A DNA stretch of 61,016 bases, counting the filler, from Sphacelaria rigidula (taxonomy: Eukaryota), in NCBI GenBank assembly GCA_964200075.2. It is 8 parts of 8 records of this genome, joined end to end, with 100 filler letters (N's around TTAATTAATTAA, not from the genome) between each part and the next. Parts side by side here need not be neighbours in the genome. Positions count along the whole stretch, not along the records: positions 1 to 7,541 come from CAXNAA020014431.1; positions 7,642 to 15,181 come from CAXNAA020014432.1; 6 more parts are not named here. One strand, written 5' to 3'. The notes beneath the pieces are model-generated. The model worked only from the letters and a program-made list of their open reading frames with translations. It ran no database searches and was not told the origin of the DNA. Made by a program: the position numbers and the translations under genes. Of this stretch, positions 1 through 11,829 are shown piece after piece (position 1 is the first letter of the stretch; each line of letters starts with the position of its first letter).

Positions 1-181
1 TAGGGAGCGGCGGTCAAGGGTCTGTTGCCTTGTCCATTGATGGCCCTTCGCACCCCCCCCCCCCCCCGCGCGCGCGCGCCTTCATCTCTCGGCGACTCCA
101 TAATCAACTATCAAAACATTGGAACTCCCTTGCCTGATGCCATGAAATGTGAAACGTGATAATGTGGATGCGAATGCCTAG

Positions 182-3100
182 GGTCCGTATGCCGGTCTGC
201 CATGCGAGACCATCACAAAACACGACGCCGGCAAGATGGGTCGTGTCAAGGGCGTCCTGGCGGTGAGTTTTTTTTTTCTCTTCATCTCGTCGCGCTTGCA
301 GCCTCTCGCATAATAAGGGGTATCATGGATATGTAGGTCCATACAAGAGTAGTGGTGGAGCAAACCAGGGTTCACATCGAATCCGTCTGTCCCGAGGGGG
401 GGGGGAGGGGGGGGGCACGGGACGGGCGAGGTTTGATGATCTGCGAGGTTTGATGAATCTCACGATAGAACGGGGTTTGTTGGAGGGAAATATGTTTGTG
501 TTCATGTGCAGGAATGTCACAACGCTGTGTACCAAACGCTCCAACTATCTTCGAGATCTGCAGTCAGTGTCGAGATAGTCGAGTGGCAAACACGTTCAAC
601 CCCCTCCCCTTCCTTGGAACAAATACGTTGTCTCCAACGATCAACCAAGATCTCCTCTGATGGAGATACATTATGGCATATTCAAGAGAGGAAGAAAAAA
701 ACGACAAAGACAGCCTGGCCGCACTCGTGTGTGTGTTTTTTTGTTTTTGTTTTCTTGACATGTTTGTTGCCACGTCCGTGCGATCTCTGCAACCCGCACA
801 TTTATCACAGGTACCAACACTCTGGGATTTGGAGTGTTACTGCTCATGCTTTTATCTTTATTCGTGTCGCTTTCACATTTTCTGCGTCAGTCATGTCCCT
901 CCCTTTTCATTGTTCTTGCTTCCTCAACCTCTCTCATCCCGTTGAGGACCGGACGCCCAGAAACATGGGATTTGCACGCAGGGGGCATTTGTGAGTCGGG
1001 ATCACTTTTGCTTGAAAACGGCTGAAAATGATGCCGATTCTCACAGAAGCCCCTGCGTGCAAACTCTATGTTCCTGGCAGTCCGGTCCCCAAAGGGTTCG
1101 CGTATTTCTGTATTTCCACTTGTAGCCGCGGCTGGGATCGTAGCGGGTCCGTTGATGTACGACCATTACTTGAACAATCGATCAACCGATTACTCATTAT
1201 AGGAATGTCGAAGCTTGAGCAGTGTATACAAGCCTTCCCCCTATTTATTGCGCGGCAACATAAATGTACGCTCGTGTTATTCGACAGAAAGCCAATCTAT
1301 CCTGGGCTGGCTCTTCTTTCCCCCGTTTTGTTTTCTACTTTTACTGTTGTTGCCCTCGCGCGTGTGTGCTTGTGTGTCTCGTGTGCTCATCTTTGTTTGT
1401 GTATATGTGTGTATGTGTGTGTTTGCTTTTCGAGAGTATTGAGTCATATCAAACATACATACCCTACCTCCGAATGAATGAATGGGTGAATGGATGAATG
1501 GGTAAATAAGTGAGCAGATCAGTGTAAAAATGGCCTACGTAGCGGTAATCCGGGAGTTATTGAGGTGGGATATGGGTGAGGTGGGTATCGTATTTCAATG
1601 TTGTTGATTTTCGATACATCGGAAATAGGGAAATATATCTAGGCAATGCAACGCCGATATGATGAAAATGTGAAGAAGGTTATTTTTCACTTCTTGAGCA
1701 AATTAAACCGAATCAAACATGAGTGCACTACCTATGAATGAGAAGTGAACTCATGAACGGTAATGGTGAGTGTTGCGGGGGCGTGAGGTCGGTTTGTGTC
1801 GTGTTTCGGATGTTTTCGATTTTCGATGTATCGGAACTATGGAACCTACATGTAAGGAATAGATGACGGTGGTGGAATAATGAGCCTACGTGTGTGACCA
1901 CGGGTTCGAGAGATCAGGCCTATGTGCGGAAATAACAATGATGATTATGATGGATCATCATAATCACAATAATAGTCATAATAATATAATATATAATATA
2001 ATATAATATAATAGCAGTGTAAATATTGATGATGATGATGATGATGATGATGGTAGTAAGAGTGATGATGATGATGATGATAATAATTGTATTCGATGAC
2101 AACGTGAAAAAGGTTGGGCACGGGGTCCGCAAACCTGACTACGAGGCGGCCTTACAAGACCAGAAGCTTCTTCTTGGAGTGCCTGCCCCGGCTCTCCGCC
2201 ACTCGTTCGCGCAGCACCTCATTCGAGGCGAAAAGATCATGGATCCCGATGCTGGAGTCAGGAACAGGGTCAAGGTAAGAGAGTGAAGAATAGTGATATG
2301 TCGAACTTCTTTTCTCCGAAAGTACAATAATTGAATTCATTGTCGACGGGGATAGTCCTGAGGAACGCGAGTTTCATTTATCCCTCTCCTTTCTCGTTCC
2401 TCTTCTCTATTTTTCGCCTTCTTCCCCTTCATTCCATGTTTTGCAGGAGTGAGGAACAAGGTGAAGGTAAAAAGATGGATACTAGTGTTTAAGGTCGAAC
2501 TCGTTTCTTCGGAAAGTACAACAGATTGATTGTTGGGGATAGTTGTGAAAAATTGTGTTTTTTATTTTGCTTTTTTTTTCTTCTCTCTTCCTTACTTTTC
2601 CCTGTTTCCATTCTTCCCTTTTTTTTATCTTCCTTTCTTTTTTTTTTCCTTGTTTTTCTTATCTTGCTTTTAGACGGTTCCAACACATCTGTTTCCGGTG
2701 GCTGCGCTTTTGTTATTTGCCAAACTTGCATTTTTCTCGGAGACCGGCCACGCCCAGAAATGTTTCCGAGACTGGTCTGGACTTCAACGGTCTCCGAGAA
2801 AATATGAACGATTCCGGAAAAAATAAAAGTTTCGCCAGGAAAAAAACTACGACACACCGGGAAAATGCACAGGTGTGCTGGAGCCGTCTCAACGAGTACA
2901 GCAAGGCACTCCAAGGTGTCAAAGTCCGTCTGGCTCTCCTTTAGGGCCTAAAACGACGCAAAAGCTCCAAAAATGCACCTTTCCAGATTTTCGTTTTTGT
3001 CTGCCATGAGGAGCGGTCTAACCTTGAGCGAACATCTTTGACGGGATAATAGGGCGGGGGTTCACTCTGGTCTCAACAATCGTTTTTCAAGTGAAAAAAA

Positions 3101-5107
3101 AAGATTGCCAACTTAAAAAATGATCCACCCTGGCGTTTTTTTTCAAGGATTGGTATCCCCAAAATATCACGCTGTAGAAGAACAAGAACAAGAACAAGAA
3201 GGAGAGAAATAAAAAATAAAAACAGAAGATAAAGAGGAGATGAGGAAATGCAGAAGGAAGGAAAAGAGAAAGAATGCGAAAAAGAAATGAGTCCGAAGTG
3301 GACAAGATCCGTCTAATATAGCTCGCTTTTACGCCGTAAAAATACGTGAAAGCTTTGACGAAACACTTTTCCCGATTTTGATTTTTATCTGCCATAAGAA
3401 GCGGCCTAACCTACTTTCAACCTACTGTTTTCGGAACCGGAATAACAAAACGATCAAACGAAACTCCTTTTGTTTTGTCTAGCATTTTTCGTGTGAAATG
3501 ACGGCCGGCCACGCGGATTCGGTCGCCTCTGAAATGACTTGCTCGGACAGCTACTGTATTGAAAGAGGACTTCGGCATACTCCATTGAATTCGGGTGCTC
3601 TCAGTGTGGCTCTAGGTCGGTTGGAAAGAAAGAAGGAAAAAAAGAAGACGTGAATAATAAGTTGTACCAGTACACAACTGATCGATTTACAAAAGGTGCA
3701 TAAAATAAACAAACCTTTGCCATGCACTGTTGACAACCAGGGGGGAAAGCTCGTACAGTGTACAGTACGTGTTTTTTTTTTTCCCCTCTCGTATAGCCCA
3801 AACGCAAACTTCGCGCACCAAAAATCACCATGGTATACCAGAATACCGGTATAAGAAGATACTTATTGTGGATAAGTGCGTTCCGAAGTGGTGCTGTCCG
3901 CTTGACCGTCGGTCTTCGCGCGCGAGAAAACGGTGTCGGGTGACCAAACAGTTGACTCTCATTTTTTATTTTCTTATTTTTTTCTGGACTACAGTATCTT
4001 GAAGTCCAATAGTACCCGGTGTAAACGAGCAGCTGACGAATTGCCGCGCCACTGCAGTTGCTGTAGCACCACACATGATCCATCCAGTAGGTTACCTCGA
4101 TCCCGTTGCGAACATCGATGGCCTTGGTGTATTGGCGGCGGGAAGCTCTTTCATGTAGCGACATTGTCATTGTCGCACCTTTACGTTCCGAGGGGTTGAC
4201 GCAGCGTGCGCCTGAAGCACTCGAAAAGTGCGCGCCCATAACAAATTCAAGTTAAGAGGAGGTGTGATACTGCGCAAAATGCGGAGAAAATCACGCGGGT
4301 TCAAGGCCTTTTCCCTCTTCCCCCTCTCCTTCCCCCCTCCTGTTGAAGTCAAGCCCGCACTGTGGTTACAGCCGCTACGCCATTCCTGTATTTTTTTCAT
4401 GTTTTTGTTTGTGTGAGTGTGGCGTTTTCTTGTGCTTGCTGTAGAGGCAAAAGCCGTTTGTTTCCCACCGTGACTACCCCACCCCTGTTTTTGTTCATAT
4501 TCTTGCTCGTGTTTATGATGATTTGCTGACTGCTGACCGCTGACTGCTGCCGCTACCTCTTGTTCTTTTTCTCTTTTCTACTTCTTTTTTTTCTCTTCTT
4601 TTGTTTTTTTCTCAGTCTTTTCTGTTCCGCCTGTTCTACCGTTCTGTTCTTTTCTTTTCTTTTCTTTTCTACTTTTTTTCATCTCTTTTTTTTTCGGCGA
4701 GCGTTTCGGTGTTGTCTACCTCGGGTACTACTTTCTGTACGGCTGACTATCTTGTGACCGAGACCGAGTCACTCGAGGGTCACTTAATGCCCGACAACCA
4801 ATCGTTATCAATCTGTCAACCAATAAATCAATAAAGCAATGAAGCAACAAATACTTAGATCAATCAACCAACCAATCAACCAACCAATTGGTGTTGTATC
4901 GTCTGTTGTATGTACATGCTTGTTTTGCAGAAGAGGCTCGTGTCCCCGGTGGAAGAGCTAGCAGCAGACGGAGAAAATGCAGGGGAGAGAAACAAGGAGG
5001 CGCCTACTGCTGCTAGTGCTGGTGCTGCTGGTGCTGCTAGTGCTGGTGCTGGTGCTGCTCCAGATGCCGCTATTACTGAAGAAGGCAAAGCCGGGGACTT
5101 CCAGGCG
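182..5107 (+). CDS. Putative multi-exon gene fragment of unknown function (candidate exons 182-262, 2113-2274, 2873-2923, 4931-5107)
   Basis: Four stop-free AG|...|GT segments, each a whole number of codons (81, 162, 51, 177 nt): GPYAGLPCETITKHDAGKMGRVKGVLA (donor GTGAGT), VGHGVRKPDYEAALQDQKLL...GVRNRVK (GTAAGA), VCWSRLNEYSKALQGVK (GTCCGT), KRLVSPVEELAADG...GDFQA (acceptor TTTTGCAG). They lie in T-rich intron-like DNA. No domain recognised and exon linkage is inferred. Confidence 0.4.
1975..2085. repeat. Compound microsatellite (ATA/ATAAT)n + (GAT)n
   Basis: Directly visible; explains the poly-Met and poly-Ile ORFs. Confidence 0.9.
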
Positions 5108-6583
5108 GTATTCCCTGGTGCGGAGAGGAAGGGGGAATGGGGGGGGAGAAGTAGGGAGTGGGTGGCCGCGATGTGTTGCGGGTTTGAATATTTATATATA
5201 CACACGTTGCTTGCAATAGCGCTGTTTTCCTCATGTCAAATCAAACATTCGACAAGGGTGAGTTTTCAATTTTTTCTTGCCTTCCTTCTTTTCCCATTTT
5301 TTGCAAGCGCCGTTTTTTTTCGTCGTCCCCTGCTGTTTGAAAATAATTATGATGTACAATTATTTGTACATGGATCACGAAAAAAAATGTCCTCTTTGCT
5401 CGTTGAAATGGATGCGTTTTTTTTTTCTTTCCATCCCTCCTTCCTCTTCTTCCTCTGCGTTTCGTTTTTGTGTGTGTGTTGCGATTTTGCTGCGATTACT
5501 TCGTTGCTTGCCAATTCAAACGGTTCTTGTGTTGGTTTTTGTTTGTTTGCTCCCTATAGTGTTTCACAGGAACACACAGAAGACAAAAATTGAAGAAAAA
5601 CGCGAAGTTTGGTGTCTGTTGCGATTATTCTGCGTTCACTTCGTCGCTTGCCATTTCAAACGGCTCGTGTGTTAGTTTTTGTCTGTGTGCTCCCGATCGT
5701 GTTTCACAGGAACACACGGGAGACAAAAATTGAGGAGTGTGTGTCGTTTTCGCCTTACTAGCTCACATCGCTGGTTTCCTACAAGTCCTCTGCTTTTGCG
5801 TGTAGTATCTATCGCATGGGTGCCATTTTTGGGCTTTCTGGCGTTTTATTTCGACAGGAAGATTTCACAACGTGATAACATGTTGTCAATTTTAACGAGT
5901 GCGGTTTTCTTCGACGAGCATCCTCCCCTTATTTTCCGTGATTTTCGCGGCACCGAATGTGTACAGCGCGCAAGGATAGGACAAGTCATCGCTGATTTGA
6001 ATAATCACTCAATCTGCGAGTTCCAAGGCTCAATTGCGCGAAAAATAGAGAGAGATGAAGGGAAAAAATGACCCCGGGTCAAAAACGTTTCTACGCAACT
6101 TTTGCGCTGTTGCACGCGCCTGGGGGGCAGCGCTGAAAACGAAGGCCAAGAGCCGATTCGTACGGTACGAAGCGAGTACACTGAAAGCAAGTTATTTTTC
6201 AGACGAATGATCATTGATCCGACCGTTGAAATGCATGTGGCGCCTCAGTAGATACGTGATGTTTCCCGCACCCCCTGCGTGATGTTTTACGAATCATGGG
6301 AAAGCATGACCATTTCTGCAACTGAGTATTTCCTGTTTTTTTTTTTCTTTCCCTCCCATTTCTCTGCGTTTTTTCTCGAGTTTTGCTAGTGGTGGTGAGT
6401 GTTTTCCGTTCCATTATTTGAGCCCAAACCTCGTCTGAATGAAATGAGAAAAGTACTGCGAAGAATGAGATGAGTGGTGATGAGAAGGGACTGACTGTCT
6501 CTCTTTTGCGTCAAAGTTAATGAAACATTTCTTGATTTATTTGTGATGAAAGCGGAGTGGAACGTAAAAATTGTCGCCACACC

Positions 6584-6860
6584 TGATCTGGGATGTTTAC
6601 TCACACCATGCCCAACAGTGGAGAGCAACCACGTTGGGATTTAGAAAAATCGACAACGCAGTCGACGAGGGAAAACGACCGCTGAACCCCTTTCGCGATA
6701 AAAAAAAGAAGCAAGCACCGCAGAAGGAAGAGGGAGAAGTATAAGAAGTAAAAAATAAATGTAATTTGTCTGTTGGTCTTCCTCGTTTGTGACCCCGGCT
6801 GAATCGCCCATATAATCCGAAAGGTGTGGACTGGCGTCCATAATAGATGGGATGACGACA
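6584..6860 (+). mobile_element. 5'-truncated copy of tRNA-derived SINE family A
   Basis: Shares ATCTGGGAT...GCCCAACAGTGGAGAGC...TCGACGAGGGAAA...TCGCGATAAAAA...CAAGCACCGCA with the copies at 21285 and 52864, but lacks the tRNA-like head. Confidence 0.8.
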
Positions 6861-7541
6861 CGTACATACGCACTGGTCTGTTCGTCATGATGATTCCCAT
6901 GATCACAGTTCTACTCTCATTTATTTTTTTGTCTCGATAAGACAGGGCCTTACGTACGTGCGTCCAGCTTGACCACAGCTGACCAGCACTGCTGCTGCAT
7001 TCCTAGCGGATGATGCGTTCATGCGCGACGGTCAACCGAATTCGATCAATCAACATGGCGAAACGCTGTCCTTTGCTCGTGCTCGACAGAGTTTTCATAA
7101 CCATGACTGCGAGTCATTAGTTCTATTGACGGTTATCCCACATACCCCTCCCACATAGCGTGCTGACTATTCGCCCACTGTGTAGAGACTGTAGCCCCAC
7201 CTTGTGTGAATATTTAGTAGCTCTGTCCTATTTGTGAGGGTATTTTGGGTCTACGTGGGTTTTTGACGGTGTCCAATGGTCAAGCCGTATTCTTTATTAT
7301 CTTTCTTGACTACGACATTTTCCATCGTTTCCTTTGTCGTTTTTTGGCTTGAAACCCATTTTATTTCATCCTCATCGTTGCTACCCTGCGGCCGAACGGC
7401 CGGAGGAAAAGAATTCGCCTAATAATTGCCATGTTTCATCCCTAGTGTGAGTTTTTTTTTTTTTTTTTAACTTCTTCTTCCCGCTGCCTTGCCTTCCCTT
7501 TTTTCTCCAAAAAATTTCAAAACCACTTTTAAAATATTCCC

Positions 7542-7641
7542 NNNNNNNNNNNNNNNNNNNNNNNNNNNNNNNNNNNNNNNNNNNNTTAATTAATTAANNN
7601 NNNNNNNNNNNNNNNNNNNNNNNNNNNNNNNNNNNNNNNNN
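7542..7641. other. Artificial contig spacer N44-TTAATTAATTAA-N44
   Basis: 100 bp; the linker gives stops in all six frames; identical at 7 places. Confidence 0.98.
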
Positions 7642-7908
7642 ATTTTGATAATACCTACTCGCCTACTCTTCTATTCGATTACTCCATAATGATGAGTAGC
7701 GCTCTGTACTGAAAATAATATCGAAGGCGTTGCGAGCTATCGAGTTTGAACTGCCGTGGGTGGGGGCTGGTGAGATGGGGCGCTGGGGTAGGTAGGTTCA
7801 TTCACCTGCACGATTTCTTTTTTCATGACCATCGTTCGCCCATGCTTTCAACATAGTCTGTAAATTGACGTCACGAAGTCGCCGACGGTCGGGGGTACTC
7901 ACCATACC

Positions 7909-8297
7909 CAAGGGTACTTTACCTGTATACTCAAGTATTAGTGAGAGAGCTTACTCAATATTTGAGTAGAGTATTTAAGGTCGTTCTCGATCTACTCAAA
8001 AATTGCGTAGAGTATTTGAGGCCGTACTCGACGTACTCAAAATTTGATCAGAGTTTATGAGATCATACTCAGCGTACTCAAATTTTGAGTAGAGTATTGA
8101 GGTAATACGCAAGCGATACTCTATAATCGAGTATTGCTGAGAGTGCTTACTCAATATTTGAGTAGAGTATTTGAGGTCGTACTCGACGTACTCCAAATTT
8201 GAGTAGAGTACTTGAGGCCGTACTCGACCTACTCAAACGTCGAGTAGAGTAAATACTCGTGTACTCACAAGTACATACTCTACTCGACCTACCCTTG
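7909..8297 (-). mobile_element. TACTC/GAGTA-motif MITE-like element (same family as 31196-31993)
   Basis: About 40-bp degenerate units (CTCAAAATTTGAGTAGAGTATTTGAGGCCGTACTCGAC). The reverse complement of the right end, CAAGGGTAGGTCGAGTAGAGTA, matches the left end of 31196; the left end is CAAGGGTAC. Confidence 0.75.
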
Positions 8298-8784
8298 AAT
8301 GGTGTATAATGGTTTGGTCATCGAGCGGCGTAGCCGTTTCCACGCGATTTGATTTCACGAGAGCCAAAGAAATATGTGAAATTTGGGCCAGTTTTCAAGA
8401 AGTATGTATATGTAGCGTACGTGGCTGGTAACAGCTCACGAAGCCGGTAACGGTAAATAATGGTTTGAAAACATTATTCCGAATGTTCATTTAGAAACCG
8501 CCGTTATAGTGATGATGTACCATTTTCGTGCTCTACCGCTCGTCCTTCAAAGGCTAGCGGGCCAACCGACTCTCCTGTGAGATTGCTTTGAATTACATTT
8601 CATCACTCTCGTGCCGATCACTCATCATGTGATGGGGGCAGGGGGTGGAGAAGCGGGGATGTATGACTCCTCGACAAGATGTCTCGACCCTCCTTCAACA
8701 TTACAGGAGACAACCGTGCTGCTGCTGCTGGCTGGCTGTTCTCACCTTGACCACATATCCACTCTCGCTCCCCAACTCTACTCT

Positions 8785-9597
8785 TCACTCGGACGTTTTC
8801 TGCTGCCCTCCGACAGCGAAATCCTCCGGCAAACCACTCCAGGACTTCCATCTTATGGCACCAACGGCGGCCGTGGTTTTCTGCCGAGCCGCTCTTTTCA
8901 TGGGCATGGACATTCGCTTGAACTGGACAGGGGACGTACTCTCAGCCTCCCTGCTGTCCCAGAAGGCAACCGCATCGGGCGCCGCTTGCGCGAACGGGCG
9001 CCGAAGACGATCTATGTTGTCAGGGCTGAGCGTGGGCGATGGTGTTGTGCTGTAGGATTCTACACCTCCGCTCTCCTGGCCGGACGGGCAAAAGTTCTCC
9101 ACATCGGCAGAAACGTCGAAGCGGTGCGACGGCAAATCTAGTCGGAGGCCATGGTGGGGTTTTTCAAGGCTGGCCGGCGTCCAGATTTTCGTTGGCTGCG
9201 TGGTATCCCGCTCTTCATCGGAGGAAGGAGACGGCTCTGCCCCGGCACCCTCATCCGTCGTGAAGGTGGAAGCGATTGGAACATGAAGAGGCGCACGAGG
9301 TTTCTGCTCGGTAGCTGCCGCGACTAGGGCCGATTGGAAGGTGAACCGCGCGGAATTGTTCACGTGCGGCGAAGGTCGAGAACGGCGATGGTTGATCTTG
9401 CTAGTGCTATTGCGGCGGCGGCGAACCGATAGCGGCGGATCCGCGGGAGAGGCTAGGATGGTTTTCCGCATGGCTCCGCCGGCTCCCCCGGGCACCCCGA
9501 TTAGGGCTCGTTTCCGCAATCTCATGGGAACCAGCAGTGGTAGCCCGAAGTCAATCGCTTTCAATCCCGTCTTCGAGCTGCGTCGGGCACATGACAA
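8785..9597 (-). CDS. Hypothetical Ser/Pro/Arg-rich protein (270 aa, single ORF)
   Basis: Long ATG-initiated GC-rich ORF in non-repetitive sequence; no domain recognised. Confidence 0.35.
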   Translation of the reverse strand: MSCARRSSKTGLKAIDFGLPLLVPMRLRKRALIGVPGGAGGAMRKTILASPADPPLSVRRRRNSTSKINHRRSRPSPHVNNSARFTFQSALVAAATEQKPRAPLHVPIASTFTTDEGAGAEPSPSSDEERDTTQPTKIWTPASLEKPHHGLRLDLPSHRFDVSADVENFCPSGQESGGVESYSTTPSPTLSPDNIDRLRRPFAQAAPDAVAFWDSREAESTSPVQFKRMSMPMKRAARQKTTAAVGAIRWKSWSGLPEDFAVGGQQKTSE

Positions 9598-11829
9598 GAA
9601 ACAGAGAAACGTCGTGTTTCCCGTTGGAAAAAATAGAGGGGAACATTAACGTGGCGGCAGCGGTGGCGAGAGTGTGTACCAGTAGGGAATGAACGTAACG
9701 CAGACCCGGGGGTACCCGGAAACATTTCAACGGCTTCTTTTTGGAACAAAATAAGGCGCGATTGGTCGATTTGGTGCTGTGGCGGAAATGCAGGGTGAAG
9801 TGCGCGCTCGCAGTTCGAGACAGCTGTACGGTGTGTCTGCACCAAGAGACATCAACATTCCAAAGATATGGACAGACGGGCCGTGCTACACGACTCTCGC
9901 CCACGTTCGACGAGCGATCGCTAGTCAGATATCGTCATGACTCTCGATTCTCATCGTGAAAACTGGAGGCAAGTGGGAAAATTAGCGAAACATCTCAAGC
10001 CCAACCAATTCAACACCCCCAGATGTCTTTCGGCCCAACTACCCCCCGCACCGTTCCACTCTCACTTGCTGCGAACCATCACCAGCAATCGACGGACTAC
10101 TGGATCACCGTCTACACATGACAAGAAAAATAATCACGTCTAGCGGAATGTCTTTTCATCACAAGCAACACTTACATGGCCGTTGTCTTGTTACTCCTTG
10201 ACGACGGCGGTGCTGTGGGCGGCTCGGGGAAGCGCATGGACATGTCGCAAAGATGGGACAAGAACGGCGCATCAAGCGATCCCCCGTCAATCGAAGACTG
10301 GTGACGATGATGTTTCTTGTCGTCATTGACCACGCCAGCTGCTGCCGCCGTCTTTTCCTGGGCGTTGCTCCGGGTGGATGACGGTTGGTCGGACAAGATG
10401 ACCGTGCTGAACGGATCAAGTATCGTCCAGGATCATTCAAAGTCCGGCGAGGCACACAGGGTCAATGAAAATGGGTAGGGGGCGTGGGAGGGGAGGGGGT
10501 CTTGGTATTTTTCATGCACACGTTTTCCAACCCCTCCCTCAAAAGACTGTGGCTTGAACCCTGCTTTGTTTCGCTACTCTCGTACGTGACCCTCGTCCTG
10601 CTGTGTTGAAGGGAGGGAGGGATACTGGCGGTTGAATGAGTAGACCGATGAAGCACGCTCGTTATTCGTGCGTCGTGTAACATAAATGATGGGAGATGTC
10701 CGAAGCGCCGGGTGTAACACTGGACACGTGAAGAAGAGTTCAGCTGATACGATGGTTGAAAACAACGAGTGCTCTAGTCATGGTGCAGAAGATGTTCCGG
10801 GGAGTGGTCAAACCACTAATATTGCAACTTCGACCTTCTACTGTGCAGACTGTAGATTGGTGGTTATCGAGACTCGGTTCTACAGAACGGACAGTATATC
10901 ATGTGTGGGTGTGATCGGTGCGTACTTGCGAGTGTATGCACGCCTGCGCTCTTGGTTGCCGGGGACATTACGACCGAAATGGCAATACGCCATGTACACA
11001 TCTATGCGCACAACAAGCACGTGCATGTACAGCGTAGCGAAGTCATGCGACAGCTGTACGGTGGGGGTTTTCACCTGCATGTGCTCTCGAAAGAGACATC
11101 CGCGGTGAGGCATTCCTTCCTCGAAATGGCATCGGTACTATCATCCTCCTGTTCATTCTCGTTGCTCTTTTCTCTCCGTAAGTTAGCATGTTCCCCGCCA
11201 GTGGCACCATCCTCTCTCTCCTTGCCAGCACCACAACGCGCTTGCCCACCGCGAGCACGACCATCCCCCCCTTCCCTGGCGGGCCATACCCACACGTTCT
11301 TGGCTTCTACCGTGGGAGGACCAGATTCTGGAGATGGTGAAATCACTTTTTTCTCTGCGGACTCTTTCCCACGATGCGGGTTGACTTCTTTTGACCCCAG
11401 TTGGAGACTTGGTGTAGACTTACGCGCGGGCACAGCCACCATTGTCTCGAGAGTGCGGAACACGTCTAATACACTCGCATCGCTGTACCGAGGAGTTTCG
11501 TAGGCGGGCGGTGATGCCGTAGCCGGTGGCGTCTCGATGTCATCGTTGGCACAAGGAGTGTTCAGCTGGGTTGGTTTGATGTGCCTGCCACAACACGAGG
11601 AAATAAACGAGAAAATAATTGAGATTTCTCCACCCCACAATGCGACGAATAAGTTAGCGTTGACGCGTGTGCAGCGTGCCTGTTTCATGTGTTCGGTCAC
11701 CGATATCTACGGCAAGTTCATCTTCTAGTTGTTCAACAGGCTTTGCAGCGTCAATGTGGCTCTGCGTGGCATGCAGGGTTCAGGAACCTGGCTCCGGTGC
11801 CTGATTTCCATGGCTTGCCATCCCTGAGC

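Noticed and set aside
2489..5675. Phe-, Lys- or Leu-rich ORFs resembling membrane proteins
   Set aside because: Translations of T-rich or A-rich intron-like tracts.
7586..7597. Recurring TTAATTAATTAA motif with 7.64-kb periodicity
   Set aside because: Synthetic six-frame-stop linker inside N runs.
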